This document shows, one piece after another, positions 49,376 through 61,900 of a stretch of 64,000 bases of DNA (position 1 is its first letter; each line of letters begins with the position of its first letter). The DNA is from Azolla caroliniana (Eukaryota; Plantae; Polypodiophyta). The position numbers and the translations under genes were made by a program. The stretch is from NCBI GenBank assembly GCA_043228905.1, contig JBHGNT010000020.1, positions 12,586,001 to 12,650,000 of the forward strand. Reading direction: 5' to 3'. The notes under the pieces were generated by a model. That model ran no database searches. It worked only from the letters and a program-made list of their open reading frames with translations, and had not been told where the DNA came from.

Positions 49376-50852
49376 GGGTCAGATAGTTGGAGCCGGTGAG
49401 CTTGAACATGCCTCCCAACGAATCGTCCATTTTTTTGTGTCACCTTGCTCTAATACCACTTTGACAGGAATGCACGCTCCGTTTGCACAACACTCGGCCA
49501 CAACCGAGTCTAAAATCAAACACAGAAAACGGGTAATGAACGCACGACACAATGAAGAGAAGAGTACACAGGATGTTAATGTGGAAAAACCCAAACTAGG
49601 GAAAAAACCACGGCAGCCCACAGACTGCAAACTATCACTATCTCAGAATGTACAATAGTAAAGCACCGAGGCAATGACCTTGAGCTTGCTATCTTCGCCA
49701 TAGGCGGCGGTTACAACACAGGCAACAACCTCTTCCTCTCTCTCTCTCTCTCTCTATGTACACTATTACGCGCTCTACAGTCTTACGCCAACAAGAAGAC
49801 AACACATATACTGAGTTTGCCCTAAGTCATATTTATGACTTTTTGGCTATTTACAAATATAGCCCCGATGGACTCTTAGAAAACATATTTACGAATATGT
49901 CCCTTCATCCGGTGAGCACTTCTCACCGGGCCTTCACCATCCGGTTCTTGCCGGGTACTCCTCATCCGGTTCTCACCGGGTCTTCCGTAGCCGGGTACTC
50001 CTCATCCGGTTCTCACCGGGTCTTTCATAGCCGGGTACTCATCCCGTTCTCACCGGGTCTTCCATAGTCGGGTACTCCTCATCCGGTTTCGGCCTCGGCC
50101 GAGTTTCTCATTAACACTGTTCTTCTCACTTCCCATCCGGAGTGACCTGTTTCCTAACAAACCCCCCCTTCACTCCGGCATGGGATGTCTTACTAGTTTG
50201 ATCTGCTTTTGACATGCATCTAGCTTGTCGGGTATCAGTACTTTGGTCAACATATCTGACCCGTTCTTGGCCGTGTGGATCTTCGTCAACGCGAACTCTC
50301 GATCTTCTACTCGCTCCCGGATCCATTGATACCTACGTTGGATGTGCTTCGTCCTGGAGTGGTACGCTGCGTTCTTAGCAAGGTGGATGGTACTTTGACT
50401 GTCGCAATAGAGCCGGTATTCCTCTTGCCGGATTCCGAGCTCTCTGATGAAGTCCTTCATCCATAATATTTCCTTGCCGGCTTCCACAACCGCCATGTAC
50501 TCCGCTTCCGTGGTTGACAACGCAACCGTTTTTTGCAGCCTCGACTGCCACGAAACAGCTCCCCCTGCATATGTCATTACATACCCGGATGTAGACCGAT
50601 TGGTATCCACATCAGCCGACATGTCCGAATCGGTAAAACCATCAAGTTGAGGTTTATCGGAGCCGAATCGGACACATGTTCGAAGTTCCCTTCAAGTACC
50701 GGAGTATCCATTTGACCATGTTCTCCTCATCCGGTTCTCACCGGGTCTTCCGTAGCCGGGTACTCCTCATCCGGTTTCGGCCTCGGCCGAGTTTCTCATC
50801 AGCACTGTTCTTCTCACTTCCTATTTGGAGGGACCTGTTTCCTAACACATCT

Positions 50853-52585
50853 CTCCTCCCTTGATCCCTCCCTACCTTTAAAAAGCCTTAGTACGAAACT
50901 CACACACATCCTTCACTCCGCAGCAACTAGTAGTTTCCCATATACAAAACTCTCAAATCAAGGTAGATCAAGATCTATGCCACAAAATAAATGCTATGAT
51001 GAGGATTGTAGGGACTTACATAGACAACTTACAGTATCACAACTCAATGGTAGTATTACCTCAATACAAGCTCACAAAGAAATGCGCAAGATGACACGTC
51101 GTAAGAGACGGGTGTGGGAGGCATCCCAATATTGGGAACTCTACCATATGCTCATGACTAGCGATTGTGCCACAACATGGAAGAGACTACGGGAGCCAAG
51201 ACCACAAACACCCATCGAAGATCCCGAAACCTGGCACACATATACAGAGAGACTTTACCAAATCCCAAACCAACCACCCATTCCAATGCCTTCCACACCC
51301 CGACCTACCATGGGGAGACTTTTCATGACCTCTATGGTCGCAAAGGTCATAAAGAAATTACAACATAGGAAGTCCATGGACCACACAGGATTGCGAGCAG
51401 AACACAATATATATGCGAGAGAGTGCCTAGCTCCCTTGCTAACTCTAATCTTCAATCGTGCCCTTGCGGAGGGTTTTCCACCATAGTGGACTATGAACAC
51501 AGTGGGCCCCATACATAAAGGGGGGAACCCCATGGACCCAAATACATATAAGACCATTATGATAGGTCATACCCTTGCTAAATTATATGGTGCAGTAATG
51601 GAAGCAGATCTTAGCGATTATATGGAGACCCTAAATCTTCGTGCACCTGAACAAGCTGGCTTTAGATGAGCCTTCTCCACCATTGATCATATCTTCACAC
51701 TTAGATGCTTAATTGACCAAACTAAGGCTCGCAAGAAGAAATTATATTGTTGTTTTGTGGACTTCCGCAAGGCCTTTGACACAATCCCTAGAGAGCGGTT
51801 GTTTGATAGGCTTAAAAGCTTGAGGATACCAGATGACATGGTCTGGGCCATCTACACACTATATGAACAAGTGTCCGGGTGTGTCCGATGCCCAGGTGGC
51901 CTATCCAATTGTTTCACTAGCACTATAGGTGTAAAACAAGGTTGCCCCCTATCACCGACACTTTTTGGGATCTACATTGATGAGATCACAGATTTTATTG
52001 CTTGTAAGGGAGGCAACAGAGTAGTCCTTGGGGATACGCAGATTCGTATCTTGCTCTATGTGGATGACATAGTTTTGCTCTCTGAATCCGAACACGACCT
52101 ACAAAGGCACCTTAATGCCTTAGATGGCTTCTGTGCACAATGAGGATTGGTAGTGAATCTAGGGAAAACTAAAGTCCTTATCTTCCACACATCGGCCGAA
52201 GTTAGAGCTAAGTGTCACCTAACTATCTCCCATAGCCCAATTGAGGTGGTTGGATCATACATCTATCTTGGAGTCACTTTCAGTGCTCGCTCAGGTAAAT
52301 TTTCGATTACACAGGCAACGAAGGATAGACTTACGAGAGGACATGCATCCCTCTCACTCCTAGAGAGACAATGCCACCAAGCATACTTTCAAGAGCCACA
52401 GACTAAAGGGTGGCTCTTTGACTCATTAGTGACCCCCTCCCTCATGTATGCATAAGCGGTTTGGGCTCCAGGATTACCATCTTTCATGTGGACGCAATTA
52501 GAGAGACCATTGGTGATGATGTTATCACGCCAACTCCGAAGCAAATCGACAGTACCACATGACATTATTAGGGCTAAGTTCACGT
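50853..52585 (+). mobile_element. Degenerate LINE RT fragment of a different family in the same clade as 35477
   Basis: QAGFR..FSTIDHIFTL, VDFRKAFDTIPR, KQGCPLSPTLFG, LLYVDDIVL; cut at 52586 by an LTR. Confidence 0.88.
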
Positions 52586-52816
52586 TGTCGCGGTATTCCG
52601 CGAGTACGTGAAGAAGAGAACAAGGCGGGACCACAGGGGGTCTCGGACCGAGGAATAACCGAGTGAGGAGAGGGGAAGGAACTACCGATGTAATTCACAC
52701 GCACACAGACACACACACACACAGACAGAACGCGAGATGGAGATATAACGAACGTTTACGTATATATAAATCAAGGTGTTACAATCGGCAAGCCGGCGAG
52801 TGGTAGGCTCCGACGC

Positions 52817-52852
<36 letters not shown>

Positions 52853-55800
52853 TGCGAGATGGATACTCTGCCGGAAGCACTCGGGCGTTTCGCGGAGTAG
52901 AGTCAGCCTCCCGAAACCCGCACAGAACGACTATGGAGACGACAGAGGAGAGGAGAAGCGCTCGGTTCCAGTTCGGCAGCACTTCGTCCTCCACAAAACG
53001 CGATCCCTTTTACAATCCCTCTCCCTCTCTTTTATAGCCCAAGGAGGGAGGCCGTTACCACCCGTTACATCATGTTTATTCCTTGTCCTTTCGGACATGG
53101 ATACGCCTCCATTTTCTCCATAATGAATGCGTGCTACCTAGGATTTCACCTCAGCCGACTTGTAGCGCTACCTACGTACTATACAACAAAACTTGTGCCC
53201 ATGTGTAAGGGCCGGTTTACGCACGTTATACCCGGTTTCCGCCTAGGGACGGTTTTCTCCACGACATCCGCCCCCACCTAATCGCGCATCCACCGATATG
53301 CGCCAAATTTAGACTCTTGCTGGAGAAGACCAGCCCACGCTCATCCTTCGTCTTCCAGATCGGCATCCGTTCTGAGCCGGTCGTTGTCGCTATCTAGGTC
53401 GTCTGGGTCCGGTTCAGCCTCATGCCGCTTTTTGAATGCTTTGATCCTCTTCCCCACCACCGGTACCGCCATCCTTGTCCCGTTGAGCTCCGTGAGATGG
53501 TTGGTCCTATTGTTGTTGGCGCTTGTCACCACATAAGGCCTGAACCACCTTCTTGCAAACTTCCGCATTGCCCGGTGTTGGTTGTCGAGGCTGCTGTCAT
53601 ACACTAGAACCCAATCGCCTTCCTCGATCTTCTTCGGTCTCAGTCGGTGAGTCCGGTCGAACCGTCCTTTGTTCTTTACCCTTGCTGCCCGTAGCTTCTC
53701 GGCGGCTTGGTTCACGTCCTCCAGTCTTCGCTCTAGCTGCCGAATCCGTGTCGCTAACAGCTCCTCCTGGCTCATCTCGTCTTTCCAGTCCACCGTGGCC
53801 CATGAGGAGATTGTCTACTCCGTTGGCATGATCGGCTTCTGCCCGTACATTAGCTTTGCCGGCGTGAACCCGGTTACCGAACCGTGCGTAGTTCGGTCCG
53901 CCCACAACGCATAGGGTAAGAGTCGCGGCCAGTTCCTGACTTGGCCTCCACATGCCCGTACTAATGCTTTGATGATCGGCCTGTGTCCGCGCTCCACCTT
54001 CCCGTTAGCCTCCGGATTGTATGCCATGGTGAGCAAGAGTTTAATTCCTAGCCGGTCAAACAACTCTTCCGCCTCTTGCGTGTCCAGTTCCCCGCGGTCG
54101 GCCACGATCTTACCTACGCACCCGTACCGGCATACCACTTCTTCGATCAGAAATTGGCACACGGCCGCGGTCGTTTTGTTCTGCAACGCTCGGCCTTCCA
54201 CCTGGTTCGTCAGGTCCTCCTGAGCCAGCACCAGATACCGCATCTGCCCTACCCCCATCGGCATCGTCACCAGATCCACCATCCACTTGAAGTGGAGGGT
54301 CGGAGGGTAGGTCGGGTGGAGGTCGTCCCAATGTCGGACAATGGAGTGCGCCTGACAACTTTCGCAAGTCGTCACGAACCAATGCACATCCCAGTATAGT
54401 CCCGACCACCAGTACTTCCCCTTTAGCTTCTCAAATGTGGCCCACGTCCCGCGGTGTCCGACCCAGGGATTCTCGAGGTACGCTGTCAGCAATTCTTCTT
54501 GTTCCCCTTTCTTTGCCACCATATGCTCCCGTCTCGTAGGAAGAATCGGTACGCTTTCTTCCGAATCCGGTTGGTCTCTCCCTTCGTCCATGCCATGTCC
54601 GGTGTCATTGTCTTTAGGAACCCGCCGATCTGGAGCCACTCCCCGATGTACTTGCTCTCGTCGAATTCGTTAAGTGCCGGAGTGCTCCCCTTTCTTGTCG
54701 TTACGTTAGTTGACCCGAAGAAGTCCTCACCGACTTCTTCGTTATCCGAAACAATGTCATCCTCGTCGCTGAACCGTGCCCTTGAAAGCATATCGGCCAT
54801 GGCGTTATCCTTTCCAGAGATGTGTCGTATCTCCGGGTTCAGGGACTTGATGTACGCGATCCACCTGAGCATTGCCAGGTCCGGAGTCACGCATCTAGAA
54901 ACCATGTTGAGAATCGGCAGGCAGTCCGTCTCGATTATCACCTCTCTCCCGATCAGGTAGTCTTTATCGGCCTTGACCGCTGAAATGATACCCCAGAGTT
55001 TGCGTTTAACCTGGGCGTATCCTCGCTGCAGCTCGCTCAATATCTTTGCCCAGAACTGGATCGAGAACCGTACGTCGTCTTCATCTTCCTGATTGATCAC
55101 CCACCTGATCCCGATGGGGCTCGTGTCCACCGTCACGTAAATGGGGTCTTCCTTGCCGTAATTTGCTTTTCGGAGAGCCGGTGCCGCGGCGAGCGCCTCC
55201 TTCAGTCTCCGGATCGACTCCGCGTGCTCCGTCCTCCAATCGAACCGGCGCCCTTTCTTTAATAACCCGTAAAGTGGCTCCGCGACATGCGCGTAGTGCG
55301 GAATCCAGATGTGATAGAACGTGCACGCCCAAGGATCCTTCGGACCTCCGTTGTCGTGAAGAATTTCGGCCAGAGGCGGAAACCGGGAAATATTGGCTAC
55401 ATCGGCGGGGTGCACCATGTGCACCCACCCTCGTGTAATTGTGTGAATAATAGGAGTTAAGTCGGGACGAAGAATCCCATGTAAATCGGGATTTATCCCA
55501 CATTGTAACGCATCCCTCTCCTTGTTCTATAAAAGGAAGGGATGATCCCTTATAGAAGGGTTGCCCATTTTTTAGTCTTAAGGGTATACCGTTTTGTGTT
55601 TCTTTCTAGGGTTAGCGACATCCTTTCTCTTCTTCGTTGCTTTCTGCTTCGTCTCGAGGAGTCGTGCAGTAGCCATGGTAGGAAAGCTATTAGGTTAACT
55701 CTTCTTCTCCTGTGTGTACCCGGCTCGCGGCCGGGGTTGTATCTCTCCTTGTTGTAGGTTGCTTCAGCTCGGCCTCCTGTGCAAGACCCCGCTCGGCGCG

Positions 55801-56790
55801 ACGAGCCTGAGAGCTCCCTGACGGCGGCTTGGCTGCAGACTACCGTTGCGACCTAGCCTACCTCACTCCGACGCAGAGTCGGAGTTGTAACTCACTCTTG
55901 TAATCATAAATATATACAGGGTTGTGCATATTTGTGTCTCTGTTGGTGTGCGTTGTCGTGAAGAAAACCGTCCATAAGCGGAATCGGCGCACCAAGGCGT
56001 GGGAACCGGTTCTTCACGCACGCACGCTCCAAGTTGTACATAGAAGCGAATTAGGAGGATAATCGGCAGGAACGGGCCCTAACACAAGTGGAGACAAAGA
56101 CCGCGCGAACAGTCTTTTCGGTCGGGCGCGCGAGCTAAGGAACTGTACGAGTCGGCGGCGTAACTACACGGATGCGTGAAGAACGGAGCAGATCCCTGTT
56201 CAAAAGGGACAGGGAATAAAGCTGACAGGACGGCCTGCTCGTCGGCCTATATAAGGAGCAGGAAAGAGCTGTTGCAGGGATCTCGCGCGGAGAGGACGAA
56301 GTGCTGTCGGACCGTTTCTGGACGCTTCTCTCTCTGTTTCCTTCCTTCTTGAGCTCCATAGCTTTTCTGTGCAGGGTTCCGAGGAGGCTCGCGCTGTTTC
56401 GAGGAACGCCCGAGTGCTTCCGGCAGCATCTCCGACCTGCTACCCCTTTGTGCGTCAAAGCGAACAAGCGCCGGCTTCTGTTCGCCGGCCTGTTCGGCTG
56501 TAACCAACCTGTGCCCCATCGAGGGTTGTAGTCGTGTTAGCCATTTTTGTTAATATACATAGTTAGTCATTCGCATCTGTCTGTGTCGGTGTCTGTTCGC
56601 GTTCTCCGTGCTGAAGGGCCGTGTCCCTGTGTATTCCCGGTCCTGCGTAGCCGGTTCTCTCTCCTTCTCCTCCCTCGCTTGCTCTTTGGTTCGAGACCCC
56701 CGCGGTCCCGCCTCGTTTCCACACGCACTTGCAAAACATCTCGACATCTTTGGTGAACCCGACGTGAAGGAGGCGGCAGAAGAGCAGAAG

Positions 56791-58917
56791 ATGAGGGGGT
56801 CGGATCTTGCAGAGGCCATGGCTTCGGCCGTGGATCGGATTGTAAACGCGCGCGAGGGCACCAGTGCCCTCGACAGAGCTATTGAGGCGGTCGTCGGCAC
56901 GATCGGCCGGTTCGATGGGAAGGATGCCACGAAGTATTTGGCGTCCTACGGTGCAGAGATGCTGATGCGGGACATTCCGGAAGAAAGGCGTCTTGCCGGA
57001 TTTTCCCGAGTGGCGATGCCGAGCATCCATGCGGAGGTGCTCGAGGTGCGGGCGGAGAGCCGTACCTGGGAGGAGTTCGAAGGTCGGCTCCTAGAGAAAT
57101 ACGGGCTGGACGACGCGCTCCGGCTTTCAAAGCGAAGGTTCATGGAATGGGTGGAGTCCCCGGGGAAGGGAAGAAACGCGTCGGCACTCCTCCGGGAGTT
57201 CGAGGAAACCTTTGCGCGCCTTTCGGCGCTCGACCGAACCATCCTGGACACGAGCCGGGTCTTGCTGTTTGTCAAGTCGGTCGACGAGCGGGATCGGGAG
57301 CAAGTGGGCCTCTTGCTGGAAACCGAAGACGGGCTCACTACCGACTGGGCGGCTGTCAAGAAAGTCTGTGACCGTTTCGACAAACGGCGAGAATGGGTGG
57401 ATAACGGGGCAACCGGGTCGGGCTCGGTCGCAGCAAGGAAGCTCGAACCAGCGCCACAGGAGCGAAAGGAAGAGGCCCGAGAGTGGTTGGAAACCGGTTC
57501 GGCTTCGACCGGCGTAGTCAGAGGCTCAACCGGAGGAGCGGCGCTGGAGGAATTGACGAGGGCGATAAAGGACCTCCAAATCGCGCAAGCCCGAAGGGAA
57601 GGTGGCGAACCGGCTCGTGACCGACGGCCGGCGGCAGGAAACAGGTGCATGTGGTGCGATGAAGTCGGCCACATTCGGAAGGACTGCGGCGACTTCGCGG
57701 AGGCGCTGAGGAACAAGGTGGTGTACCTGTGGGAAGGACGGGTGCATGCCAGCGACACCCGAAGGGCCCTGAGCCGAAACGACGGGCGAGGTGGTATGAA
57801 AAGGTTGATGGAAGAGGCGGCGGCCCGACACGCGGAAACCGTCCACTACTCGGCGTCGGCCGGCATTCGAGTCGGGGGCGGCGAGGCCCGAAGGGAAAGC
57901 AAAGCCGGATTCTGGCCGACGATGCTGGAAGGCCTTGCCAGTGCAAGGCTTATAAGGGAGGAATCGGACCGTGCGGAGAAACGGGTACGGGAGATGACCG
58001 GGTGGAGCGACCCGGTCGAGGAAAAGACGGGCTTCGTGGAAGCCGCTTGCCAGAACTACGAGGCTCTGGTGGAAGAGAAGCGGGTGGGGAAACCCGGGAC
58101 GACCGGGCCCTCACAACGATACGAGACCCGGTCCGGGCCACGACGGGACGAAGCCGGCGGGGCCGGTACGCAAGATAAACCCCAGAAGGGCGGGTACCGT
58201 CTGGGGACGGAGATAGAAAGGACCACGGACTTACGAAAGGTCCTGGAGGAACGGATCCTCGACAGCAAGGTGGAGCTATCGCTACGAGAGGTGCTGGGAA
58301 TCGCCAAGAAGGAGTTCCACGACTCCATCGTGGACTTGGTAAAAAGGAAGAGGCTGTCAACGGAGACAGAACCGGAAAGACCGGTGGAAGTGCGGACGAC
58401 GCACCTAGACGACATGGCGCTGGGAGACGAGTGGGCGGAAAGCCATTATTCGAGACCACACTGGGCCCGAGCGACCACGGAAACCCCGGTGAAGATCGGC
58501 GAAGTCCAGGAACCGGTGGTAGCTTTGGTGGACCACGGATCGGAGATCAATATGATGTCCATGGACTTCTATAAGAAGGGCAAATGGCCGATCAACACCA
58601 AACACGGGTGGAAAATAAGGGCAGCAACGCGCGCCACCGAGGAACTGCACGAGGCCTGTCCGAATGTGCGAGTCAAGATCGGCGACGTCGAGATTGACCA
58701 GCACTTCTTCGTGCAGGAGACGTCTTCGCATCCGGTCATACTGGGAGAGCCGTACATCACGGCGGCATGAATGGAGACCAAGGTGCTGGACAATGGTTCG
58801 GCCTACGCGAGGGTCAAAAGCCAAGACGGGCGCCATTCGGTCCAGTTTCTGACGGTACGGCCGAACCACGAACGTAACTGCGACTCCCTCGGTTCCGAAA
58901 ACCGAGAGGATTTTTAG
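56791..58917 (+). CDS. gag: Gag-protease ORF with one internal TGA (58768-58770)
   Basis: ATG at 56791; zinc knuckle CMWCDEVGHIRKDC; protease VVALVDHGSEIN..ILGEP; the frame stays open after the TGA until GAT TTT TAG. Confidence 0.85.
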
Positions 58918-61900
58918 AGAGGACTGCCAAGGCGTGGGGCCGCGACAGTCCGGATGCTCCGGGAAAACCCCACATCTGTACGATAAAGCCGTGTACAATA
59001 GGTAGGAAATTTTGCTTCTCCGACAGCGGAGCATGTACGATGGTCGGCATTGCCGGCCGAGAGAAAACAAAGACGGAGGGGAGACTTCGGGCGTGCGGAG
59101 TTCTCGGCCCTGACGAAGAAATCGACGGAGCCGTGGAGGCAGTCTCCTTCGATGACACCTTGGGAATGCTGGGGAAGGTGGTCGAGGAAGACCTTAACGA
59201 AGACCGGACGATACCGGTATGTTCAGAAGAAATGTACGAAGTCATCGCGGACTTCGGTCGAGGGCTTGAGTCGGAACGGACGGCCCGAGTTAGCACCAAG
59301 TACAAGACTGTGGACCGGAAGGTGAGACCAGTTGCGGCGCCCTTACCGGAGGGCAGCGAATCCCGAATAAAAATGGTTGCATCGGACCCCAACTTACGAG
59401 ATCCGGCCTGCATAGGACACACCTTCACCAACGAGACGCTCCGCGAGCTGAAGATCGGTGGGGGCGGGTTCCTACTGCCGGTGGAGGAAGACCGGTTTCG
59501 GAGAATGCTCGGAAGCCACGGGAAAGCCTTTGCGTTCTCACTGGAGGAAATCGGGTGCGTAGACCCGACGGTCGTAGAGACAATGGTGATATTCACGGTA
59601 CCGCATGTACCGTGGAATCTCAAGCCAATTCCGGTTCCGAGAGCTCACATCCCGAAGTTGATGGAGCTGTTGAAGCAGAAAGTTGATATGGGCATTCTCG
59701 AGCCGTCGAGCGCCCCATATTCAAACCGATGGTTTACCGTACCAAAGAAAAACGGATCGTTGCGCTTCATTCAAGACCTGCAGCCGGTCAACAGAGTGAC
59801 CATTCGGAACGCAGGGATCGGACCGACCATAGACGAGTTCGCGGAGGCCTTCGCCGGAAGGTCGATTTACTCGGTCGGTGATCTATACTCAGGGTACGAC
59901 CAGTTCCAGCTAGCCGTGGAGAGCAGAGACATTACGACGATGCGAACTCCCCTCGGTCTAGTGCGGATGTGTACGTTGCCGCAAGGAGGAACCAACTCGG
60001 TGGCCCACATGGTGAATGCAATGAACAAGGTGCTGAGGGACTGCATCCCGGACATCACCATGCCGTTTCTAGACGACATCCCGATCAAGGGATGCCCGGT
60101 AGAAGAGAAGGACGAGACGATCGGGCCGGACGGATGCCGGCGATTCGTGATGACGCACATCGACGACTGCGAGAAGGTGCTGCAAAGGCTAGAGGATGCG
60201 AGGCTCACCTTCTCGGGGGAGAAGTCAGCCTTCGGGCAGTCGGAAATCATGGTGGTCGGACATTTATGTGGACCATATGGCCGGAAACCGTCTCCGGCAA
60301 AGGTAGAAGCCATCTCTGCGATGAAGCCTGATTGCAGTTCGGTCATGGAAGTACGACGATTCTTGGGAGCATGCGCCTTCTACCACATATGGATCCCGCA
60401 TTATGCGCACGTCGCTGAGCCGCTGTACGGGTTATTGAAGAAAGGGCGAAGATTCCAATGGCTAGACAAGCACACGGAGTCGGTCCGGAAGCTGAAGGCG
60501 GCTCTTTCGGCAGCACCGGCGCTCCGAAAGGCCGTCTACAGGAAGGGCACCCCAGTGTACATAACGGTTGACACGAGTCCGACCGGGATCGGGTGGGTCG
60601 TCAACCAAGAAGACGAGGACGACAATCGGTTTCCGATCCGATTCGGCGCAAAGGTCCTCAGTGAGCGGCAGCGAGGATACGCCCATGTTAAACGCGAACT
60701 CTGGGGTATCGTTTCGGCGGTGAAGGCCGACAAGGACTATCTGATCGGGACAGAGGTAATCATAGAGACGGATTGCATGCCGATTCTCGGCATGGTTTCC
60801 GGATGCGCGACGCCGGACCTGGCAATGCTCAGGTGGATAGCGTACATCAAGTCCCTGGACCCGGAAATACAACACATTTCCGGGAAAGACAACGACATGG
60901 CCGACATGCTTTCGAGGGCGAGGTTCGATGACGAGGGCGGCATGGTTTCGGAGGACGAAGAGGTCGGCGTGGACTTCTTCGAGGCAGCATACGTAACAAC
61001 CGACAGGACGAGCACTCCGGCGCTTAACGACTTCGACGCGAGCAAGTACGACGGGGAGTGGCTGCAGATCGGCGGGTTCTTGAGGACAATGGCGCCGGAT
61101 GCGTCATGGACGAAAGACGAGGCCAACCGGATCCGGAAGAAAGCGTACCGGTTCTTCCTCCGGGATGGCTATCTATGGAAGCACCCGAAGAAGAGGGACG
61201 GCGCTCCGCTCCGGGTGGTGGCGATGAAGGAAGAACAGGAGGAGCTGCTGACGGCCTACCATGACAGCCCTTGGGCCGGACACCGTGGAACTTGGGCCAC
61301 GTTCGAGAAGATAAAGGAGAAGTACTGGTGGCCGGGACTGTACCGGGACGTGCATCGATTCGTGATAACTTGCGAGAGCTGTCAGATGCACTCCGTGGTC
61401 CGACACCGGGACGAGCTTCACCCAACGTACCCTCCGACCATCCACTTCAAATGGATGGTAGATCTGGTGACGATGCCAATGGGGGTAGGACATATGCGGT
61501 ACCTGGTCCTAGCGCGGGAGGATCTGACGAACCAGGTGGAAGGCCGGGCCCTTCCGAACAAAACGACCGCGGCCGTATGTCGGTTCCTAATCGAGGACGT
61601 GATATGCCGGTACGGGTGCGTCGGGAAGATCGTGGCTGACCGAGGGGAGTTGGACGCCGAAGAAGCCGCGGAGCTGTTCGACCGGCTTGGAGTCAAGCTC
61701 TCGCTCACCACTGCGTACAATCCGGAGGCGAATGGAAAGGTGGAGCGCGGACACGGGCCGATCGTCAAGGCGTTGGTTCGGGCATGCGGAGGCCGAGTCG
61801 GTAACTGGCCGCGGCTGCTACCTTATGCTTTGTGGGCAGACCGGACCACGCACAGTTCGGTAACCGGGTACATGCCGACGGAGCTCATGTTCGGCCAGAA

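Larger units (their letters stand above)
44555..49385 (+). mobile_element. Young Ty1/copia (Tnt1/Tork-like) nested in the gag of the previous element; 3' LTR missing
   Basis: LTR 44555-45320; PBS TGGTATCAGAGC 45324-45335; gag-PR-INT-RT-RH in order; ends at a short duplication (aacgggtcagata) where the host gag resumes. Confidence 0.95.
42323..50847 (-). mobile_element. Rearranged Ty1/copia: split outer LTR, central full LTR, permuted internal region
   Basis: TSD CATCT (42318-42322 and 50848-50852); LTR pieces 42323-42864 and 50719-50847; full LTR 49462-50159 with PBS (~49447-49458) on one side and PPT (~50160-50171) on the other; gag-PR-INT 42865-44554; RNase H 50170-50718. Confidence 0.9.

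Noticed and set aside
56608-56790. N-terminal gag extension running through U5 and the PBS
   Set aside because: It starts at a non-ATG codon inside the LTR; the ATG at 56791 just after the PBS is the more plausible start.
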